This document shows, in pieces, positions 58,751 through 64,000 of a DNA stretch of 64,000 nt. Location: NCBI GenBank assembly GCA_965261595.1, contig CBDHDG010000007.1, positions 896,001-960,000 of the forward strand, given 5' to 3'. Each line of letters opens with the position of its first letter. Within the stretch, counting starts at the first letter, position 1. A program made the translations under genes and the position numbers. Origin of the DNA: a bacterium (lineage in GTDB: Bacteria > UBA8248 > JACPRG01 > G963555815). The notes beneath the pieces are model-generated. The model saw only the letters and a list, made by a program, of their open reading frames with translations, was not told where the DNA came from and searched no databases.

Positions 58751-59004
58751 TCGGAGAAGAACCTTACCGGGGGGGACATCTCCGCCTTCGCGTGGGACAA
58801 GCTTTGAAAACCGTCCCCCCCCTGCCCCCCCCCCCGAAAGCTTTCTGCGGCCCGGTAAAACCGGGCCTTGATGGGGTTGGGTCTCGGGTCGGCTGAACGG
58901 TTTGTCTGTGGCCCGCCGATGGCGTCGGTCGTTGGCGGACACGGCATCCGGCGAATTTGCAAGTTTTTGTGATTGTGTAAAAAGCACACCACCGCCCAAC
59001 AACG

Positions 59005-59027
59005 GTAGGGCGGGCTTCCAGCCCGCC
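59005..59027 (+). repeat. GTAG-type REP-like palindrome
   Basis: GTAG-GGCGGGCT-TCC-AGCCCGCC followed by a T-run. Confidence 0.55.
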
Positions 59028-59149
59028 TTTTGATTTCAAATGGTGTGCGCCAACGAGGTTGCGATGAACACGAGAACCTCCATCCGCAGCCTGGCCGGCG
59101 CGCAAGCGCCCCGCAGGTTGGCCGTCGTGCAAGCGCCCCGAGCGCGGAC

Positions 59150-59497
59150 ATGATGAATCAGGGCCTGTTACTCGCCGTCATCGGGATGGGGACCGTTTTC
59201 CTCTCCCTGTTCGCGTTGGCCGTCCTGATCCGGTTGCTGAACTGGCTGGCCGCCCGGAGGGAGGAGAGCGGGAGAGATCGGGCGCCGGCGCCCGAGAGGG
59301 GGGGGGAGAGGGGGACGGGCGGCGCTCCGTCCGAAAACTCCGGCGGGGAGGATTTCCTCCCCATCGTCGCCGCTGCCGTGGGCGCGTATCTGGAGGCCCA
59401 GTCCGCACAAGTGTTCCTTATTCCCGTCGAGCGGCCCGACCAATCCCGGTGGGTGATGGATGGACGGAAGGACGCCCTTTCCAGGGCGGAGCCCTAG
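59150..59497 (+). CDS. OadG/MmdD-family decarboxylase membrane anchor subunit
   Basis: GMGTVF..L TM helix, linker, IVAAAV, W...GR. Confidence 0.85.
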   Translation: MMNQGLLLAVIGMGTVFLSLFALAVLIRLLNWLAARREESGRDRAPAPERGGERGTGGAPSENSGGEDFLPIVAAAVGAYLEAQSAQVFLIPVERPDQSRWVMDGRKDALSRAEP

Positions 59498-59513
59498 CGA
59501 CAGAGAAAAGGTC

Positions 59514-59924
59514 TTGAAAAAGTTCACGCTGACCCACAGGAACGTCACGTATGAAGTGACCGTAGAGGAGGCCGGCGGCCCGGACCAGCTTCGGGTTGTG
59601 GTCGACGGGGCGGAGCACTTGGTGGACGTCGTGGCCGAGGAGGCCGACGCGCCCGCCCCGGCGTCCCGCGCCCGTCGTCCCCGTTCCGGGCCCGTGGCCG
59701 GACAGGCCGGAGAGGTGACCTCCCCGCTTCCCGGAAACATCCTCAAGGTCCTTGTCAAAGAAGGGGACCCGGTCCAGGCCGACACGGTGGTCTGCATCCT
59801 GGAGGCCATGAAGATGGAGACCCAGGTTCAGGCGAACCAAGCCGGGGCGGTCGCCGAGGTGTTGGTCCGGCAGGGGGACAAGGTGGAGGGCGGCCAGACC
59901 CTCGTCCGCATCGAGCAGGACTGA
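59514..59924 (+). CDS. biotin carboxyl carrier subunit (MmdC-like)
   Basis: YEVTVEE, Ala/Pro linker, SPLPG, EAMKM biotinylation motif. Confidence 0.92.
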   Translation: MKKFTLTHRNVTYEVTVEEAGGPDQLRVVVDGAEHLVDVVAEEADAPAPASRARRPRSGPVAGQAGEVTSPLPGNILKVLVKEGDPVQADTVVCILEAMKMETQVQANQAGAVAEVLVRQGDKVEGGQTLVRIEQD

Positions 59925-59947
59925 ATCCTTTAACCGTCAGGAGCGAA

Positions 59948-61078
59948 ATGGTGGACGCTCTGGGGTCCGCTTTCTTTCAATTTCTGGGACAGACCGGGGT
60001 CGCGAACCTCACGTGGGGGCACGCCACGATGCTCGTTATCGGCGCGGTCCTGGTGTACCTGGCGATTCACAAGAGGTTCGAGCCCCTGCTCCTGCTGCCG
60101 ATCGGCATCGGGGCGATCCTGTCGAACCTTCCCCAGGGCGGGATGTTCGAGGAAGGGGGGCTGCTCTACTATTTCTATTTCGGCGTCAAGCTCGGGATCT
60201 TCCCACCCCTCATCTTCCTGGGCATCGGCGCCCTGACCGACTTCGGCCCGTTGCTGGCGAACCCCAAGACCATTCTTCTGGGCGCGGCCGCGCAGTTCGG
60301 GATCTTCGGGACCCTGTTGGGGGCCCTCGCCCTGGGGTTCAGCCTTCCGGAGGCGAGCTCCATCGGCATCATCGGAGGCGCGGACGGACCAACGGCCATT
60401 TACCTGACGGCGAAGCTGGCCCCGCATCTGCTGGGCCCGGTGGCGGTGGCGGCGTATTCCTACATGGCCCTGGTGCCGCTCATCCAGCCGCCCATCATGA
60501 AGGCCCTGACCACGGCCGAGGAGCGCAAAGTGGTCATGGTGCAGAGCAAACCGGTCTCGAAATCCGTCCGGATCCTGTTTCCCATCGTCTGTATCTTTTT
60601 TACGGGCCTTTTGTTGCCGTCGTCCGCTCCCCTGGTGGGGATGCTGATGCTGGGCAACCTGTTCCGGGAGTGCGGCGTCGTGGACCGTCTGTTGAAGACC
60701 TCGGAGAACGAGTTGTTGAACATCGTGACCATCCTCCTCGGCATGTCCGTCGGGGCGTCGATGTCCGCGGCGGCGTTCCTCAACCTTCAGACACTGTTCA
60801 TCCTCCTTCTGGGGTTCATCGCGTTTTCCATCGGCACGGCGACGGGCGTCTTGTTCGGAAAGATCATGGCGGCCTTCTCGAAAGACGCCATCAATCCGCT
60901 GATCGGCGCGGCGGGCGTCTCGGCCGTCCCCATGGCGGCGCGGGTCGTTCAGAAGGTCGGTCAGGAAGCGGACTCGAACAACTTCCTCCTCATGCACGCC
61001 ATGGGGCCGAACGTGGCCGGGGTCATCGGCTCGGTCATCGCGGCCGGGGTCCTGCTGTCGGTTGTGGGGCAAGGCTGA
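59948..61078 (+). CDS. Na+-translocating decarboxylase beta subunit (OadB/MmdB)
   Basis: [37 protein letters not shown]. Confidence 0.95.
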   Translation: MVDALGSAFFQFLGQTGVANLTWGHATMLVIGAVLVYLAIHKRFEPLLLLPIGIGAILSNLPQGGMFEEGGLLYYFYFGVKLGIFPPLIFLGIGALTDFGPLLANPKTILLGAAAQFGIFGTLLGALALGFSLPEASSIGIIGGADGPTAIYLTAKLAPHLLGPVAVAAYSYMALVPLIQPPIMKALTTAEERKVVMVQSKPVSKSVRILFPIVCIFFTGLLLPSSAPLVGMLMLGNLFRECGVVDRLLKTSENELLNIVTILLGMSVGASMSAAAFLNLQTLFILLLGFIAFSIGTATGVLFGKIMAAFSKDAINPLIGAAGVSAVPMAARVVQKVGQEADSNNFLLMHAMGPNVAGVIGSVIAAGVLLSVVGQG

Positions 61079-61100
61079 GGGCGGAAAGGGAGGTGCATTC

Positions 61101-62291
61101 ATGTCAGGCGCACTGGAAGGCATCCGCGTCCTGGACCTGACCCGGATCCTGGCCGGACCTTACGCCACGATGATGCTGGGGGACCTGGGGGCCGAGGTCA
61201 TCAAGGTCGAGATCCCCGGCAAAGGGGACGATACGCGCGGATGGGGTCCTCCCTTCGTCAACGGGGAGTCCTCCTATTTCATGAGCATCAACCGGAACAA
61301 GAAGAGCCTGACCCTCAACCTCAAAGACGAAAAAGGAAAGGCGATCCTCACGCGTCTCATCGAACGCTCCGACGTCGTGGCCGAGAACTTCCGGCCCGGG
61401 ACGATGGAGAAACTGGGGTTCGGATACGGCCGCGTCCGGGAGATCAACCCGCGGGCCGTCTTCGCCTCCATCTCGGGGTTCGGCCACACCGGGCCGCTGG
61501 CGGAGCGTCCGGGATACGACGTTGTGATTCAGGGAGAGGGCGGCGTCATGAGCCTGACCGGCGAGCCGGACGGGCCGCCGGCGAAGGTCGGGGCCTCGAT
61601 CGCCGACATCACGGCCGGCATGCTGGCCTGTCACGGCATCCTGGCGGCCCTTCTCGCCCGGGAGCGGACGGGGACCGGCCAAAAGGTGGACATCGGCATG
61701 CTGGACGGCCAGGTCGCCCTGCTGACGTACCAGGCGGGGATCTTCTTCTCGACCGGGGCGGCCCCCAAGCGGCTCGGCAACGCCCACCCCAGCATCACCC
61801 CGTACGAGACCTTCCGGTGCGCCGACGGGTTCATCAACCTCGGTGTGGGGAACGACTCGTTGTGGGTCAAATTCTGCGACGAGATCGAGCGGCCCGAATG
61901 GGCCCGCGATCCCCGGTACGAGAAGAACGCCGACCGGGTGAAGAACCATGATGAGGTGAAGGCCCTCCTGGATGAGATCCTCATCGCCCGGCCCCGGTCC
62001 TTCTGGCTGGACAAGCTGAACGCCGCCGGCGTCCCGTGCGGGTCCATCAACACGCTGGATCAGGTGCTGACCCACCCGCAGGTTCTGGCCCGGGACATGG
62101 TGGTCGAGGTGGACCATCCGGTGGCGGGGAAGACGAAGCTCACCGGCGCGCCCATCAAGCTCTCCGACACGCCGGCGGAAATTCGCACGCCCCCGCCCCT
62201 TCTGGGGGAGCACACCGATGAGGTTCTGACGGAGGTCCTGGGGTTTTCCGCGTCCGAGATCGAGGCGCTTCGGGCCGGGGGGGTGGTCTGA
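61101..62291 (+). CDS. class III (CaiB/BaiF) CoA-transferase
   Basis: LAGPY, LGDLGAEVIKVE, NRNKKS, ENFRPG, SISGFG, PPPLLGEHT. Confidence 0.93.
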   Translation: MSGALEGIRVLDLTRILAGPYATMMLGDLGAEVIKVEIPGKGDDTRGWGPPFVNGESSYFMSINRNKKSLTLNLKDEKGKAILTRLIERSDVVAENFRPGTMEKLGFGYGRVREINPRAVFASISGFGHTGPLAERPGYDVVIQGEGGVMSLTGEPDGPPAKVGASIADITAGMLACHGILAALLARERTGTGQKVDIGMLDGQVALLTYQAGIFFSTGAAPKRLGNAHPSITPYETFRCADGFINLGVGNDSLWVKFCDEIERPEWARDPRYEKNADRVKNHDEVKALLDEILIARPRSFWLDKLNAAGVPCGSINTLDQVLTHPQVLARDMVVEVDHPVAGKTKLTGAPIKLSDTPAEIRTPPPLLGEHTDEVLTEVLGFSASEIEALRAGGVV

Positions 62292-62295
62292 GATC

Positions 62296-63006
62296 ATGGC
62301 CCGCGAAACGAGATCCGAATCGAGATTGCCGGAATTCAAAGAGATCCGTCCCCGGTCGATGAGCCGGGCGGTGGCGTCCGAGATCCGGGAGGCCATCCTG
62401 GGAGGCCGACTCGGGGCGGGCCAGCGCCTGATCGAAAAGGACCTGACGGCCACCTTCGGCGTCGGCCGGACGTCCGTCCGGGAAGCCCTGAAGGAGTTGG
62501 AGGCCCAGGGGTACATCTCCCTCGTCCCGCACAAAGGGGCCTTCGTGAGCCGGCCGACGGAGGATGAGGTCCGGGAGTTGTACGCCGTTGTGGCGGTTCT
62601 GGAGGGCCTCGCCGCCAGGATCGCGGCCAAACGGATGACGAAAGAGAATCTGGAGACCCTGCGCGGGATCACCCTTTCCCTGGAGGAGTGCCGCCGGCAG
62701 GGGGACGTGGACGGCTATTACCACCACAACCACCGGTTCCACCAGACCTTCGTCGAGGCGACCGGCAATTCGCGGCTGCGCGAGCTGATCGAGCGGGTCC
62801 GGTCACAGATCATCAAAACGAGAATCCTCTCCCACGCCGTCCCGAACCGTCTCGACGAATCCATGCGCGAGCACAAGGGCATCCTCTCCGCCTTCCTCCG
62901 CCGCGACGCCGGACGGGCGGAAAAGCGGGTGATCCGCCACCTGGAGAACCAGGAGCGGGCGTTTCTGTCTCTGATGGGATCCTCCGCCAAGCTGCGCCGC
63001 GCCTAG
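62296..63006 (+). CDS. GntR-family (FCD) transcriptional regulator
   Basis: GVGRTSVREAL winged HTH; N.RFH and EH..I FCD motifs. Confidence 0.92.
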   Translation: MARETRSESRLPEFKEIRPRSMSRAVASEIREAILGGRLGAGQRLIEKDLTATFGVGRTSVREALKELEAQGYISLVPHKGAFVSRPTEDEVRELYAVVAVLEGLAARIAAKRMTKENLETLRGITLSLEECRRQGDVDGYYHHNHRFHQTFVEATGNSRLRELIERVRSQIIKTRILSHAVPNRLDESMREHKGILSAFLRRDAGRAEKRVIRHLENQERAFLSLMGSSAKLRRA

Positions 63007-63727
63007 GCGGCGGACACGAATCGGATTTATCCGCAGATTACACAGATTGCGCGGTACTCAAGGAGAAATCGGATACCGAGGCAAGCTGGGGTCAGGTCTT
63101 ACATTCTAGCATTTTCCAGATTTGCGGCGAATTTTGGAAAAGAAGAAAGCCGTCAACACTTCCAAATATATCCGGGTCAAATCTTGAATCCTGAATGACC
63201 TTCGCCAAATCATTTCGCCTCCGTCGTAGCGCGCCTACGCCCTCGCGCGCTCACAGCTTTCGTGGAAAACGGCGATCCAGGGCGGTCCCCCTATTGCGGC
63301 GGTCTGTCTCAGGAGATAGGGTTTGAATACGGGGTTCGCGGCGGATTCCCCGCGTCCACCGGGGAACGCCCGGAACCGTCCGTTTCATCTATCCGACACC
63401 CTCTTTTGAACAGGAGGCCGGCCGTGACATCTTCCGAATTGCCCAGCGGACTCGATCCCGACGTCCTGGCCAAGGGAAGGACGCTCGTCATCGAGGCGGA
63501 CATCACGACCTTGGACACCATGGCCAAGGAAGGCGTGGTGATCAAAACTTGACGCTCGCTTTGACCTCTCGCGGGAAATCCAGCAAATGTTAGAATGTAA
63601 GAGCTGACCGCATCCTTCCACTTGGTTCGACCCTCAGCGAGATCCCCCAACCTCTCTTCGAGGCGAGATTCCTCCCGCGGGCCAATGGCCCGCACTCGGA
63701 AGGACATTGTGATTGTATCGGGGGCGC

Positions 63728-64000
63728 CTACGGCCCAGGGAGCCCGTAGCGCTCCCACCGCTCGGCCGCCCGGTCCAGGTACTTTTGGGGAGGAAGGGAG
63801 ACGTCCGGAAAGTCCGGCCAGGGCTTGGTGGCGTCGATGCAGATTTTGGAGCTGCGCTTCTCCCACAGGTTCTCGTCGTGCCGGCCCGCCGAGGGATCGA
63901 GCTGGACGGGGGCCGTGTTCGGGATCGTGAAAAGATCCCGGTGGGGCTGGACACGCCAGGCAAGCGCCCATTCCCGCTGGAAGGGGTCCCGGATATCCAC
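63728..64000 (-). CDS. UbiD-family decarboxylase, C-terminal part
   Basis: WALAWRVQP.RD, LDPS, SKICIDATKP. Confidence 0.8.
   Translation of the reverse strand: MDIRDPFQREWALAWRVQPHRDLFTIPNTAPVQLDPSAGRHDENLWEKRSSKICIDATKPWPDFPDVSLPPQKYLDRAAERWERYGLPGP

Noticed and set aside
63424..63552. Macro-domain-like fragment (LVIEADITTLD)
   Set aside because: Only about 40 codons and a single short motif; insufficient support.

Overview
GC-rich bacterial chromosome segment spanning the replication origin. 1-27.4 kb is mostly core genome: argH, lysA-dapF-dapA-ctpA-dapB, mnmE-jag-yidC-yidD-rnpA-rpmH, dnaA-oriC-recF-gyrB-gyrA (no dnaN here), serS and two tRNA-Ser genes. It is interrupted by an AT-rich cassette between 86-bp inverted repeats and by an ABC-ATPase + DUF4276-like gene pair between gyrB and gyrA. 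From tRNA-Ser(GCT) to about 57 kb lies a decayed island. It holds a phage terminase/head remnant, IS21/IS3/IS1380/IS66/IS256/IS110 debris, an extra HU gene, a CsgG-DUF4810-DUF799 lipoprotein operon, and a type I R-M operon whose hsdM, hsdS and hsdR are all broken but which contains an intact, translationally coupled CBASS pair (CdnE-like cyclase + Cap15-like effector). 57-64 kb holds a Na+-pumping acyl-CoA decarboxylase cluster, a class III CoA-transferase, a GntR regulator and the 3' end of a UbiD-family gene. All family calls come from reading motifs by eye; no database search was run.
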